DNA of 64,000 nucleotides. Origin: Macrostomum hystrix (taxonomy: Eukaryota; Animalia; Platyhelminthes). The position numbers were made by a program, and so were the translations under genes. The stretch spans positions 12,462,001-12,526,000 of the forward strand of contig CATNEN010000039.1 in assembly GCA_950097015.1 (NCBI GenBank). Direction: 5' to 3'. The notes below the pieces were generated by a model that was not told where the DNA came from, did not search any database, and worked only from the letters and a program-made list of their open reading frames with translations. Shown one piece after another: positions 1 to 12,667 of this stretch; position 1 is the first letter of the stretch; each line of letters starts with the position of its first letter.

Positions 1-25
1 TAACTCTGTCTAGTAAAGCGCTTAC

Positions 26-128
26 CACTTGTCTTTCCCTCCGAGATGAGTCCTCTTCTTCTTAAAGCTGTTTTGCTGCGGCAGCTTTGACTGTAGATTT
101 CTTTGATGCCCCGAGCTTGATAGCCCAT
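26..128 (-). CDS. Exon of a second BCL11-like zinc-finger paralog; gene continues off the left edge
   Basis: About 50 bp at 78-128 closely match 3961-4010. The minus frame reads [33 protein letters not shown](C), followed by a GTAAGC donor at 25, where the paralog continues into CEFCGK. Confidence 0.55.
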
Positions 129-129
129 C

Positions 130-507
130 GCCCTCTGCTTTTGTCTATGGTCGAATTCCATCGATAAGCACAGCGGGCGGGCCGTGAAATATACCAATAT
201 TGTCAGGCTGCAGAGGGCTGAACCGAGGTAAAACGTTGAGGCGCGTAGCGCCGTGGCTTTTCACCTCGTTTCAGCTCGAGCAGCCTATCGATATCGGTGT
301 TGTAGTTAGCGCACGTTTCACGGCCCGCCCGCAGTACATATCTATGGAATTCGACCATAGACAACAGCAGAGGTCAGGCTGCCGTTAGTTTTAACATCGT
401 TTCAACACGCGTAGGCTAACTACAACGTGAAACTAGCACCAAACGCGTTTCACGGCCCACCCGCTGTGCATATCGATGGAATTCGACCATAGACAACAGC
501 AGAGGGC
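130..507. mobile_element. Foldback/MITE-like element with ~60-bp inverted repeats
   Basis: 130-189 is the near-perfect reverse complement of 448-507. A second, direct copy of the right arm lies at ~316-375, as part of a ~130-bp tandem duplication spanning 316-556. Confidence 0.55.
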
Positions 508-606
508 GGGCTGCCGTTAGTTTCAGCCTCGTTTCAACACGCGTAGGCTGACTACAATATATCAGTTTTTTCGCTTGTCACTCTTGCTAGGTTCGATTGA
601 GTTAAA

Positions 607-1537
607 ATGGCAACCGTCTCGTTTCACCACATCTGCATCACTATGCTGTGCATGGGTCTCACCTTTGGCATTTTGGCCTGCGCCACGAGTCGTTGGAGTG
701 GCGGCGGACTGTTTGACTTACACAACGACGGTACGATCTTGTTGAGTTGAAACATAATATATAAATTTTTTACACTTAAAATATAATAGCTCCGTTAAAC
801 TTTTACGCTTCCTTTTGCAGGTTACGGCAATAGTGTGAAAGCCATGACCATCATCGGCGTCGCTTTTATGGCGTTCGGCCTGCTGCTCGAGATCCTCATG
901 ATTGTGTCCAACACGTTCAAGCAGAGCAAGGCTATCAACTTATTGTGCCTAGTATGCTGCATTATCAGCAGTGAGTACAAATCCATGTTCCGCTTAATTT
1001 GCCACCCGAGTAAAAGCTTCAGCGTGATTCTTTCTCTCCCAGATTTTATAGCTGGCTCAAACCATCCCTCAAACCAAACCTCGCTCAAACCAAACCAAAC
1101 CAATGCTACGTCCAGCACCCACCACCCGAATTCTACGTCCAGCACCCACCACCCCAATTCTACGTCCAGCACCCACCACCCCAATTCTACATCCAGCACC
1201 CACCACCCCAATTCTACGTCCAGCACCCACCACCCCAACTCTACAGACGGCGCCCACCACCCCACAAATAGCCCGCAATCACCACCTAAATTCTAATGTC
1301 AGGGCCGACGACCCGAAGTCTATTTAAATGCTCTATTTATGTCAACAAGTCTCGAAGCATTTGTATTAAGCGCTCTCCTTGTATGTGCACCCCGCAGTTG
1401 CGGCGCTGATAATTGGCCTCTTCGTGTACGCCTCGCAGTACGCAGTAGGCGGCTACAGCGTCTGGCTGCTGACTGCCAGCACTGTGTTCGCTGCGGAAGC
1501 TCTGTTTTTCTACATCATCCAGTGGCGTTGCGCTTAA
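607..1537 (+). CDS. Small four-transmembrane claudin/PMP22-like protein, ~137 aa; exons 607-730, 821-970, 1398-1537
   Basis: GT-AG introns in matching phase give MATVSFHHICITMLCMGLTFGILACATSRWSGGGLFDL...AMTIIGVAFMAFGLLLEILM...LLCLVCCIISIAALIIGLFVYA...GYSVWLLTASTVFAAEALFFYIIQWRCA*. It has four hydrophobic segments, W..GLF after TM1 and GYS.WL before TM4. Confidence 0.75.
1107..1262. repeat. 30-bp minisatellite (~5 copies) in intron 2 of the 4-TM gene
   Basis: Unit TCTACGTCCAGCACCCACCACCCCAAT-like; it generates the spurious ORFs 822-1327. Confidence 0.9.
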
Positions 1538-3612
1538 GTTTTTTCTGGTTTGAACACGCGCGAAATATTGGCAATTCTACTAGTATTAGAAAGACAATTT
1601 AAATCGACAGGATAAATACCGAAAGATATTGACTTATTATACTTGCTGCTTAAAAAAGTGGATATTTTGTTCGTTTAATACGCTAGCTTATAAACATTTT
1701 AATAATTGCTTAGACGAATTGTTAAAAGGCAATTGTTGGCGCCAATTCAAAATTTGGATTAGTGGCAATGATGCTATCACCGCTTGAAATGTGCAATCTT
1801 TTCACCCAAACTCACTATTGGCGAATACTCATAGTGAGTTTTTCAACGTTGAAGTTGTTAGAATTGATTTTTGTGTTACAACTTTCTCAGTTAGTCTGAG
1901 TACATTGTTAGCTGCTGCATGCCTTAGACCTGCTTCAAATATTTATGCTTGTGTAGAAAAAAGTGTTGAACTTTACCTTTATATTAGACGTGGCGGATAT
2001 ATTACAATTGATCTTCTAAATTGATTAAATTGATTTACAATTGATTAAACTATATAACTTTTTGCGCACTTTTTATAACAAATATTTATTAGAATTAAGT
2101 AAGTCTCAAATGCAGCTCTTTTCTATCATAATATATGCCAATTAACAAAGTACTAAATGTTTATTACGCAGCCCTAAGAATTAAACTCAATCAAATCAAA
2201 GTTCTTACTTACAAAAGTTTAATCGTCAATAAAAAACTCAACTGTGCCGCAACTAGATCTCATTCATTCGTTTGAGCTGCTAATCGGTTTCAATTGCTGT
2301 TCTATACAGCATATCAAATTATTAAGACGTCTGAGGGGAAGATTTGTCTGAGGGGTAGTGAAGAGTATTGTGTTTTGATCAGGCACACAAAACTCCCACA
2401 TCTAGACGATGGGGAACAATTGCCTGGGAATTCATAACAGTCACGTGACCTTACTGCAGTTGCTTCGTCCACCTTGGTAGTGAGTAGTTTGTCGTCTTCT
2501 GGGTCTTTGTAAGCCGACGGTTCTTCCTCGTTTTATTGGTCGACCGTGTCTTTCTGGAGTTATGAGCCAGTAGGACCTTGTCTCCTGAATCTTCTTGTCT
2601 TCTTGGTCTTATTGGCAGCTGCTAGTCGATCCTGTCTGTTGCGCTTGACTTCATCTGTTGGCCAACAAAGGTCGAGAGCGAATCAGATTACTTGTCGGTT
2701 TCCTCGAGCTTATAATTAACAATAGAAACTTGCGCCCTAGTGAACAATTGAAATCTCTCTAGAGTCTCTCTAATAGGTCCTCCTGAAGGGTGTCTTCTTA
2801 TAGTTACCTCCGACAGATAACGGATAACTCAAATCAATCAATCAATAATAATCTAGGAATGTATCCTTAGGAAACAAGGAGGCCTTTCTCGAATGTATCG
2901 ACGATATGTCGCTTGCGTAAACTTAGTTCAATTCAACAACGATTGCTAGCAATAAATAACTCTTTTTTGAGTCCTCTTTTTCTTCAACCGGACTTCTTGA
3001 AGTCAATGTTCTGCGAATCCGCTTGGAGTCAGAATTTTCAGCTAGGATTTTAAATTGTACGCATTTATAGTAAATTTTAGGGGAAAACCGGTTTATGCCC
3101 TGGTATTTACTTAGGGCATACAATTTGCACAGCGGGGTCAAACTTGTTCGTTCAGCTGCGTTTTGGGAGTTTTTCAAGTGGGCATTATCATGAATGGGAG
3201 TATGAGCAATACAACTGTCGAGAGCCGTTTCTCCGGTTTAAAGTCACATGACTTTGTTTCTAAAAATAGCATAAAAGTCACTATGACTCATTCCTTAAAT
3301 AGATTTACAATTATAGCTTAAGTTTCCTTGTAATATTACTTGAGTTGAGTTAATGCGTTTAAAATATGTGAATATTAAGCCCATAAGCTGCATATTGTTG
3401 GATCAGACAGCACCAGATACTCATAAAAAATGTCAGCATCAGAAAATCGATAGTCTAGACTGAAGAAAAAACAACTGTTCAATAAAAGGCGCGATGTACA
3501 TGTCTACGACTAGTACCCGCCGCCCCTTATGCTCAGATTGATGTACAATACTATGTAGATATCTAGTGACTTTAGTTAGGCTGAAACAGAACTACTACAG
3601 TCTAAGTAGTTG

Positions 3613-4967
3613 CTAATTGTCCGAGCCGGTGTCTCTCTGCGGCTGCTGACGTCGCAGACCGCACCTCCTGACGTGTTTCTCCAAGGTACTGGCCACGGTG
3701 TAGGGCGTGCCGCAGTACCGGCAGCGAAGAGCCACCCGTCCTTCGCTGCCATGGGTCTTCATGTGTCGAGTGAGCTTGCTGCTCTGAGCACAGGCGTAAC
3801 TGCACAGCCGACAGCGGTACGGCTTCTCGCCAGTGTGACTGCGACGGTGCACCGTCAGGTTTGAACAGTTCTTGAATGTCTTGCCGCAGAACTCGCAACA
3901 GTCTTGACGCTCTGTTGAAGTCTGCATTGGCGGCTGCGGCGGCTGTGCCGGCGGCGGCGGCGGCGGCTTTGACTTTAGATTTTTTTGATGCCCCGAGCTT
4001 GATAGCCCCATGCAGTTAGAGGAACTGATCAAGAACGGCTGCTGCTGCTGCTGGATGCCATTGCTTGGTATCGCTTGATATCTAGAATTGGTATTGAAGC
4101 CTATGTATAATTAATTGGGACCAAACGAAAAAAATGAATTAACTCATGCGTCCACAGCCTGTACGATGTCTGCCCGGTGACGCTTGCCGAACGAAGTTTC
4201 TGAAGACAAGTTTCATTGCTGGTTCCGACACTGATTTGACATGTACAACCTACGATCAGCATAAATCCTGAAGTTAATTTTCATTAAATACATTTATTAA
4301 TTTCAGCCCAATAATACCTTTATTTGGATATAAATAATAATTAATCATTGCAGGAGCGCTGCGGGCAATGGCACATCCTTTGATGACACTAGACCCGTAG
4401 CCAGCGAGGAGGCAATTCTGTTCATTTTGCTGACTCCTGAGCACACACGCACACAGATACAAGTACGTATACACACACTTGATGTTGAATCGAGCTCATG
4501 GACCTTGGTGCAAAAAGCAGACACGTTACCCCCATTTTGAGTACAGGAAACGCTTAAGTTCTTACTATTTTTCAATTATACTAACTTACCCAAAAATGTA
4601 AGCTGGTCAAGTGTCACTAGGAAAACATCGCCGTGCAAAAGTCACCAAACTATATCTTTAAAAGTTGACAGTTATGCAACACAATTGGATTAACGAACCC
4701 CAATCGTGATTGCTGCTTCCACTGCTGCATTAGCCAAACTGGTGACACAGGTGGGGCACAATACACCGCCGACATAGCCAGAGTACCAGTCGACAATCCG
4801 ATTGGTGGTGACAAAGCAGCAGCCGCCGCTGCCGCAGCCGCCGCCGCCGCTGCTGTCGCAGCCTCATTGAATATTCTCAATCTGTGCTCAAATTGAGCAT
4901 GACTCATGAGATCCCACGCTGAGTTGAAAGCTGGAATTATGGAATTCCAATATTGTCGTCGACTCAT
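3613..4967 (-). CDS. BCL11 (CTIP)-like C2H2 zinc-finger transcription factor; last exon 4100-3613, upstream exon around 4967-4750 with uncertain boundaries
   Basis: [49 protein letters not shown] is the BCL11 C-terminal finger array, followed by a third finger CRYC...LEKHVRRC. Upstream [20 protein letters not shown] resembles BCL11 ZF1. Acceptor ATAG at 4101-4104. Confidence 0.8.
4347..4533 (-). mobile_element. tRNA-derived SINE family A, internally deleted copy
   Basis: Reverse complement of the family-A 3' body (GCTCAGGAGTCAGC...GAATTGCCTCCTCGCTGGCT...CTCCTGCAAT). Confidence 0.8.
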
Positions 4968-5882
4968 GGACTCAGGTATACGAAACTTACCTGTGACATC
5001 CGTGCTGCAACTGGCGTTCCTGCCGATTGCTAAAGTCCAAGCGGATAAATTCATTTTAGGCGAGCTTCCTGCTCAAACAGTAAAGTGCAAAATGATCCAC
5101 TTAAAAATACTTGAAACAAATTGATTAAATAGCCCCGTCTTTTCTATATAGTCGTAACACAATGAAATGCGTGCTGCACATTGGTCAGTTTTGTCTTTTA
5201 TATGGCATATAGTCTGCACTATAGACACTATATTGGTCCTATAATTATATTTTAGGAGACGCAGACTGGCTGACTGGTCTGGTTTCTGGCAATTGTACCT
5301 GGCAAACTTTTGAATTTGTATTAAAATTGTCTTAATTTTTTTTCGCATCGCTGACCAAATCTTTTCTGCATCTATAAAAATTTCGTAGAGTCGTCTGTCC
5401 AACTGCGTAACTAACTGTTTAAAAAACAAATAGAGAACAAGTTGAGCACTGTAGTGTCTGCACCATACAGCTGTCTGGGTTCGGTACGGCCAAGTCTCAA
5501 ATTCGTTCTCTACCTGTGGCGTGCAGTCTGTTGAGGTGGGGTTTTGGTAGCACTATGATATAAAGAGCTGGCCCATGGTAGCCGGTTCGTAGTATTTTTC
5601 TCGTCTGAAAAAAACACTAATACGAGTAGAATATACAACTGTAACAAGGATTAAATTTTTGTGATAATATACATTCGAAATTAAAAAACCGAAAAGTTTA
5701 TATATGGTTTCAGTATTCTCTGTAGTGGAATTTCTGTGTTGTGAAATTTCGGGTTTGTGAAAGCGCCCCTGCTTAAACATTTTGTTTGCTTCAGAAAAAA
5801 ACTTCTCGAAGGATATTTTCTTGGAAGAGAATTTTAAGAGAATGTTGCTTTCTCGGAAAATATAAACTCGATAAAAGAGAAG

Positions 5883-6131
5883 GTGGGTCGGTGGCAGAGC
5901 GGTTATCGCGTTTACCTCTCGCACCACGGTCCCTAAGTTCGATTCCGCGGCGAGGCCACATTCATTTGGGGCCGTCAATGATGTGAACGTCAGGGCAGAT
6001 GTACACACCTGCGTGATTGCGTGCCTGCGTACGTTATCTGTGTGCGTGTGTGCTCAGGAGTCTGTTGTCTAGTGTCACCGAATGATGTGTCACTGCCCGC
6101 AGCCCTCCTGCAATTATTATTATTATTATTA
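5883..6131 (+). mobile_element. tRNA-derived SINE family A
   Basis: A box TGGCAGAGCGG, B box GTTCGATTCC, shared body, (ATT)n tail. Confidence 0.85.
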
Positions 6132-7207
6132 ATATTAATATCCGAGAAGAGTCTCTTCTAAAAACTTTTCTAGGAAATGTAACTTCTAACAAAAGCTTCA
6201 GCTCAGGTTTCAAAAACTTCTCGTCGGCGCAATTTTTATTTTTTTTGTTTTATCGAATATCGAAGCCGAATGACATTAAGTTTTTAATATTGGTTCTATT
6301 GGTGCCGATGCCTTTGAGACCTCTTCGGTTTGAGAGAGAGAAAAACTGAGAAAAAGACTGTACCTGGCGTTTGTAGAAATAACTTGCTTTCATTTGAAAC
6401 TCGAATATCGATTTTTAAGCACCAATCTGCTTTAGTCCCTGAAAAAACTTTTGTAATCGATTGGAACTGGTGAATTTTGGCTTTAAGTATTCCATTGCCA
6501 GAAAATCAATTCTTCAAACTAGAAGAGTAGAGTAGAGACGGATTATAATTTTACAGCATACTACTTATTGAACTTGTAGAAGTAGCAGTTATCAAATATC
6601 TAAGGTTGTGCTTGTACTGGGGGTTATAGTAGCAGTTAAAGCCACTGGAGGGAAGGCAGAGGGTTTATCGTGCTATTTAGGTCCCTTTTCTCGACAAGAG
6701 ATGAAGTGTTCTCTATTTGATGAAGTTTGGCCAAAGACAGCCATTTCAGCAACGAAGTAAACTATCGCCAATGGAAATCTTTCCGCAGGTTTTCGGCCGT
6801 AGAAAAAATAGTTAGAAAGCAGCTGAGGTCGAGGAACCCCCTGAGTGTATTTTTAACATTCGGTCCTAAATGTAATGGGGAACGCAGTAATAGAATATTT
6901 CAAATGAACCGATCTAATAGTCCAACATTTTTCACGAAACTTCAACTAGACTGTAAACTCGACCGTACAATGTGAAGCATTTGGTGCAGTGTGCCGCAAT
7001 ATACCCTCTGTATGTGTACACTCTTGTGCAAACTATAGAGTGGATGGAAAGCCAACAACCCCCTCCACACCTGCATAGCAACAAGACTGCAAGCCGAAAA
7101 AATAAAAGAAATAAGAGAAGAGAGCTAAGCATGTAGCCTCCAGCTTGTTAAGCGTTCTCGTATTTTCAAAATTGCCATTCGAGTTTACATCGGCTAGCAA
7201 ACAAAAA

Positions 7208-10200
7208 ATGGACTCGGAAGCTGCTGAAGATGACGAAGGCGTCAGTGAGACAGTCATCATCGGGTCATATCAACTGCTGGCGATACGCAGCCGATTAGCC
7301 AACTGTCAGACCTGGACTGCTCTACACCGACCCACAGAGATGGAGGTCAGTGAGTGTGAATGAGAAATCTAGCCCTGTGACCGATACATAGAGACCAATT
7401 ACCAATCGCACACATTTTTATGACTATTACTGCATTCTATGACCTGTTCAAAATCAATATCCTATGAATAGTAATCCATCTACAATGCATTCTGAATTTC
7501 TTAAGCTTTCAATAACAATTTGTAACTTGTAATTTGTAAAATTTGATCAATACCATTGACATGTCCAAGAGATGAGAGATAGGGAGTAAGAGAAGTTAGA
7601 GAGGGGGAAGCAAAGAGATGGGATAAAATGGGGGAGAGAAGAGATAAGAGAAAAGGGAGTGATAGAAGGGAGAGACGGAAGTGGGAGACAGATGGTGGAG
7701 AGATTAGGGGAGAGAGAAGGGGACAGATAAGGGGAGAGATAAGGGGAGAGATAAGGGGAGAGATAAGGGGGGAGATAAGGGGAGAGATAAGGGGAGAGAT
7801 AAGGGGAGAGATAAGGGGAGAGATAAGGGGGGAGAGAAGGGGAGAGATAAGGGGAGAGAGAAGGGGACAGATAAGGGGAGAGATAAGGGGAGAGATAAGG
7901 GGAGAGATAAGGGGGGAGAGAAGGGGAGAGATAAGGGGAGAGAAAAGGGGGGGAGAGAAACGCATTATTCAATTTACAGATACTAAAACTAGACTAACCC
8001 AATGCCCCGCCCAAACCAGGTAATTGTTGAGGTGTACCCAAAGACAGGCGATGACAAAGCCCTAATCGAGTCCATTGTGCTCAAAATCAACCGCTTCGCC
8101 CAGCTAGCCGAATGTCGAGTGCTTCGCCTATTGGAGGCCATCGACCTGGATAGTGCTATCCTGCTGGTTCATGAGTACTACAACTCACAGTCTCTGATGC
8201 AGTACGCCATGAATTGGTGAGCTAAATGCTTTATAGTTCATCCAGTTGTAACATTAGAAGCAGCATCAGCTAAGGTTGAAGTTTAAATGAACTAAACATT
8301 GCGTCATTTCTATCGATAAACGAGCATCTTATCAATCTTTCGTTGCCCGCAGTCCGGTGAACGGCTCCGAGTTCCGGCGACTTGTTAGAAGCCTGATCAG
8401 AATTGTGCAGCGGCTGCACAGCAAATTCTTCTTTCACGGGTGAGCGACGCAACTAGCTAGTAGTTTTATTTTATTGCCTCATTGTCTCTGAACTCTAATC
8501 TATTATCTTTATTGATTGCCATTCGCAGAACATTGAGTTTAGACTCGTTTGTGCTGACAAAGCAGAAGAAGATCAAGTTTAAAGGTAGGTTTTAAGTATT
8601 TACCAATAAGTGGTTCGGAGTTCGTAAATTGTATGATAAGCCTCCAAGCCTTCGCTCAGGGGCTGCGCCCTAAAAATAATGTGGCCTCGCCGCGGATTCA
8701 GGCTCAGGGATCCTGGACATCGAGTAATAGACCCTGGACCCTAGACCCTAGACCCTAGACCCTGGACCCTGGACCGAACCCTGGACCCTAGACCCTGGAC
8801 CATAGACAATAGACCCTACACCCTTGATCCTGGACCTTAGACCCTAGAACCTAGACCCTAGACCCCTGGACCCTAGGCCCTGCACCCTAAACACTAGTCC
8901 CTAGACCCGAGACCTTAGACCCTGGACCCCTAGACCCGAGACCCACACTGGACCCTATACCCAAGACCCTGGACCCTTGACCCTAGACCGAAGACCCTGA
9001 ATCCTTGACCCTTGACCCTTGACCCAAGACCCAAGACCAGAGACCCTAGACCCTAGACCCACACTGGAACCAGACCCAGGAACCTGGACTCTGGACACTA
9101 TACTTTAGAGTTTAGATCCTAGGCCCTAGACCCTGGACGCTGGACGCTGGACCCTTCTCACTGATCCTGTAGTTCAAAGAGTTGAATTTTAAAGCCAAGC
9201 AAACAGTTGCTTTTAAAAATACAGGCTGAATGGCGAAATTCCAGTGCTCTAGCCCATAGCCAAGCCATATTACGAGCCTACTCGTTATCACCAGTCCAAC
9301 TGTGCGCAAAATGAACTGTTCATTTTTCCCAAAGATGTTCATGGGTAGTTTTCTTCACTCATATAATATTTTTTGGGAAAACTACAAGATCACAGCATCA
9401 TTTTTAAGACGCTGCAAGCTGTCACCTGTTCGTCCGTAGCGACGTCGAGCCATCGCGTTTCGACGCCATTTTGTCGAAATCTACCGACATTTGGAGTCTG
9501 TGAGTTTTTCGCGTAACGAAATAATTATTTCCGCACTGAGAAAGTTGCTGGTACCCAAATTGTGTTCACGTTCTACTCCTCGCATTGCAGCGGAACACTC
9601 ATCTACCGCCTGATCTCGCATCAGCTGGACACCGCTGGCACCCACCTGCCATCTCTGATGGACGAACTGCGCGCCGGTCAAACTGGGGTGGCTCGCGTGG
9701 TTCGCGCGATGAATTCTGGTGAGTGAGCTGCGCTTGAATGACAATGCGCAACGTTTTCTGCTTGACTAAGTCTATGGACATTTAAAGTAATCGAGGTGTG
9801 GCAGCCTAAACCCCAGTCCATGGACTGAACAGCTGTACAACCACAAAAATACAACTTATACTCTGCAGATCTATCAGACCTACTCACCCGGATGACGGAC
9901 CAGAACCCGGCCGCAAGAATCAGCACCACTGATTGTCTGCGACATCCCTACCTGACTCAGGGCGACCCACTGGCTGCTGCCGCTGCAGCGAGGCTCAACG
10001 CGCCATCCTCGACACTATCGGTGAATCGCGACGTGCTCAGATTTTTGAGTCGAGCAACAGGAGCCCCGGAAGAGGAGCTGGCCGCCTCCGCTGTTGCCAA
10101 CGATCTGAGCGGCTGGTGTGCCGCGTACTGGCTGCTCAGACAGCGGTTCCTGGCTGGCAGAGGCTTTCCAGAGCTGGCCCAAGAGGATGAGACGAGCGAA

Positions 10201-12171
10201 CTGCTGAAAAATGCGGATGAAGATAAAGAAATTGGCGAACCTCAGAATGAGAGTTCGTCACAAAGCGCTGATGCAAGGTTTGGACTTAAAACGACTATGT
10301 TTAACAAAACATGGAGATGAAGAGGAATTGAGTGGCAGAGCGGTTAAAGCGTTTGCCGCTAGCACCAAGGTACAGTGAGAGTGTACACTGCCTGACGATG
10401 AGAAAGTGAGGGGCAGATTTACAAACCTGTGTGTGTGCTCAGGAGGCAGCAGAATCGGCAGAATTGCCTGCAGGTCTAGTGTTATCAAATAATGTGCGAT
10501 CGGCAACAACTCTTCTGCAATTACGAGTACTATTATTATTATTATTATAGCGATGAAGAAAAATACGCATTGAATTTGTGTTGCTTACAACAGAAATTAT
10601 TTTGCATTAAAATTGTACAGGTATTAAGATCTGCCTTTCATTTTTTCTTCTTCAAGGTCAGATAAAAAGGGTCTGAATTCTTCCATTAGGTCGTCGCCGC
10701 AGAGCAAGCCGCAGTCTCAGAAGCATCATCAGCAGCATCACCGGAGCACAATCCAGGTGCTGCGAACGCGTCGTTTGGGCCTACAATCGCCGCAGCCTTC
10801 GTCGAGACCTCTAGCAGCGGTATCTCAAGGCGCAGCCGCGGTCGCTGCCACATTTCGAACAACAGGGCGCAGTCGAGACGAGCCGCTGCCGCCTATAGGG
10901 GTTCGATCGGCCTCGCAAAGTCAGCGATCTTCGCAAGGTCAGCAGCAGCAGCAGCAGACCCTTATCAAGGTACCTTTTCATATAGCGCTAAAAATGAGAG
11001 CTGTTTTTTAATTACATTTATTGGCCAAAGACAGATGGATAGATTTAAAATTTAGCATTGTTGGGCCAGATGTTCAGTCTTCGGGCTAGAGGGTGTCCAC
11101 CGAAACCAACACACAATGTCTTTCTACAACAGATGAATATTGTACAGCTGGGTACACTAAAACGTTTCGGAATTGAGCGTCTTAGTCAAGTTACTTCAAT
11201 TTAAAATTGTTAAATTATAATTTCAAGTTACACGATTTGGGCGAGTGGCAGAACCGATGACGCGTTTGCCTCTCGCACTAATGCCCTGAACTCGATTCCG
11301 CGGCCGAGGAGAGAAGGTTTGGGGACTTGTCCTGCAATTTACGCCCTTGAGGGCTAATCTTATAGGCTTAGTGCGAGTGTACACTGCCTGACGATGAGAA
11401 AGTCGGAGCGGATGTACACACCTGTGTGAGTGTGTGCTCAGGAGTCAGCGAAACAGGACAGAACTGCCGATGCGCCATTGTTCGCAGCCCTCCTGCAGTT
11501 ATACATTATTAATAATATTATGATTACTATTATAACCACTGAGTTGCTAGCTCCCAATTACCTTAACAAAGACAGTTACCTTGATGTGCCAATTACACAA
11601 ACTCGCATGACAGCAAGCTACTGACGCGACAACGCGTCGATATCTGGTGTACATGCGAAACAACGAGGTGATTCCTGTGAGCCAGTCTGCGGCTAAGCCC
11701 GGAAAGACGGATTTGCCGCCGATTTCGCCGCGAGTCGAGGCAAACGCGAGCTCGGCGATTAGAGTTCGCGTGCAGACTCGCAGCACCCAGGAGCGACCTG
11801 CGCGACCGTGGCCCAATGAAGACTTTCAGCAGCAACAGCAGCAGACTCGACAAGCTATTCCGATGCCTTCGCCGCGAGATGCTGAACCTCAGCAGCAGCA
11901 GCCACCGCGTCAATCAACCATGCTTTCTCCGCGCCAGCCGCCAAATAGTCGAGTGGACGTTGGTCGTCCCGGCGAGATTCGCAGAATCGCTGCTGATAAA
12001 GCGGCTGCGGATAGTGCCGCCGCCGCCGCGGCTGTTGGTCCGGTTGTTGCTCCAGAGCTTCCTGAAGCAGATCATGCTGCAGTGGCTGGAACGGACGAAC
12101 ATCCGCCCCCGTTTGTCTGGCACAATGCCGTTGTACGATGGCCACAATGGATGCAGTCTAGAGTGGCCTAA
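7208..12171 (+). CDS. CAMK/AMPK-related pseudokinase with UBA-like domain and Q/P-rich tail; exons ~7208-7345, 8020-8216, 8353-8439, 8529-8584, 9409-9499, 9591-9718, 9869-10277, 10690-10969, 11614-12171
   Basis: Phase-consistent GT-AG splicing gives IGSYQLL...ALHRPTEMEVIVEVY...RLLEAID...LLVHEYY...RLHSKFFFHGTLSLDSFVL...IKFKDAA...TDIWSLGTLIYRL...DLLTRMTDQNPAARISTTDCLRHPYL, then UBA-like NRDVLRFL...AAYWLL. The last two exons are less certain. Confidence 0.7.
7690..7960. repeat. 12-bp purine minisatellite (GGGGAGAGATAA)n in pseudokinase intron 1
   Basis: About 20 copies seen directly. Confidence 0.92.
8730..9155. repeat. Degenerate 7-bp repeat (GACCCTA/GACCCTG)n in a pseudokinase intron
   Basis: Seen directly; preceded by a SINE-A fragment at ~8636-8720. 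Confidence 0.85.
10331..10548 (+). mobile_element. SINE family A, internally deleted
   Basis: TGGCAGAGCGGTT head, CTGCCTGACGATGAGAAAGT body, ATT tail. Confidence 0.8.
11239..11500 (+). mobile_element. SINE family A
   Basis: Same head, body and tail as 40893-41255. Confidence 0.8.
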
Positions 12172-12667
12172 GTAAAACTTTTGGTAGAGATTCCGCCTGG
12201 GCTTTGTTTTTCCCCTGTCTGTTCAAGCATATAATTTTATTCGATGAAAACTCCTCGCTTTCTTCTTCGAGTAGTCGTTACTTTTTTTACAAGGAAAGGT
12301 AGTTTTAATTATTCCGGAAAATCTCAAATATTTTAAAGTCGGAACTTATAAATGAAATAAACAAAAGCCTCGAGAGAAGTAATTCAACGATATGAAATGA
12401 AGATTTTATGCGCGTTTGTCACTCTCGAATTCTCCATAATATATTTTTTATTGGAAAACGTTTGTTAATTAACAGTAAAAAAAGTGTGTTATTGACTATA
12501 TTTTTTAATGCGACATTGTCGTAGGATGGCTAGTTGGATACCAATTTAACTTATATTTATCACTATAAATCACAGAGGAAATTTATTTAACCAAATCAAA
12601 TCGTTCTGAGACAAATTAAATAGTTAGTTTAAAGTACTTGCTCCTGACAGTAACCTAGCTGGCAAAG

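Noticed and set aside
8730-9155. Interstitial telomeric repeat
   Set aside because: The unit is 7-bp GACCCT(A/G), not CCCTAA.
11551-11646. Stop-codon readthrough or selenocysteine at the in-frame TGA at 11608
   Set aside because: A CAG acceptor at 11611-11613 gives an in-phase exon that skips the TGA; no SECIS was recognised.
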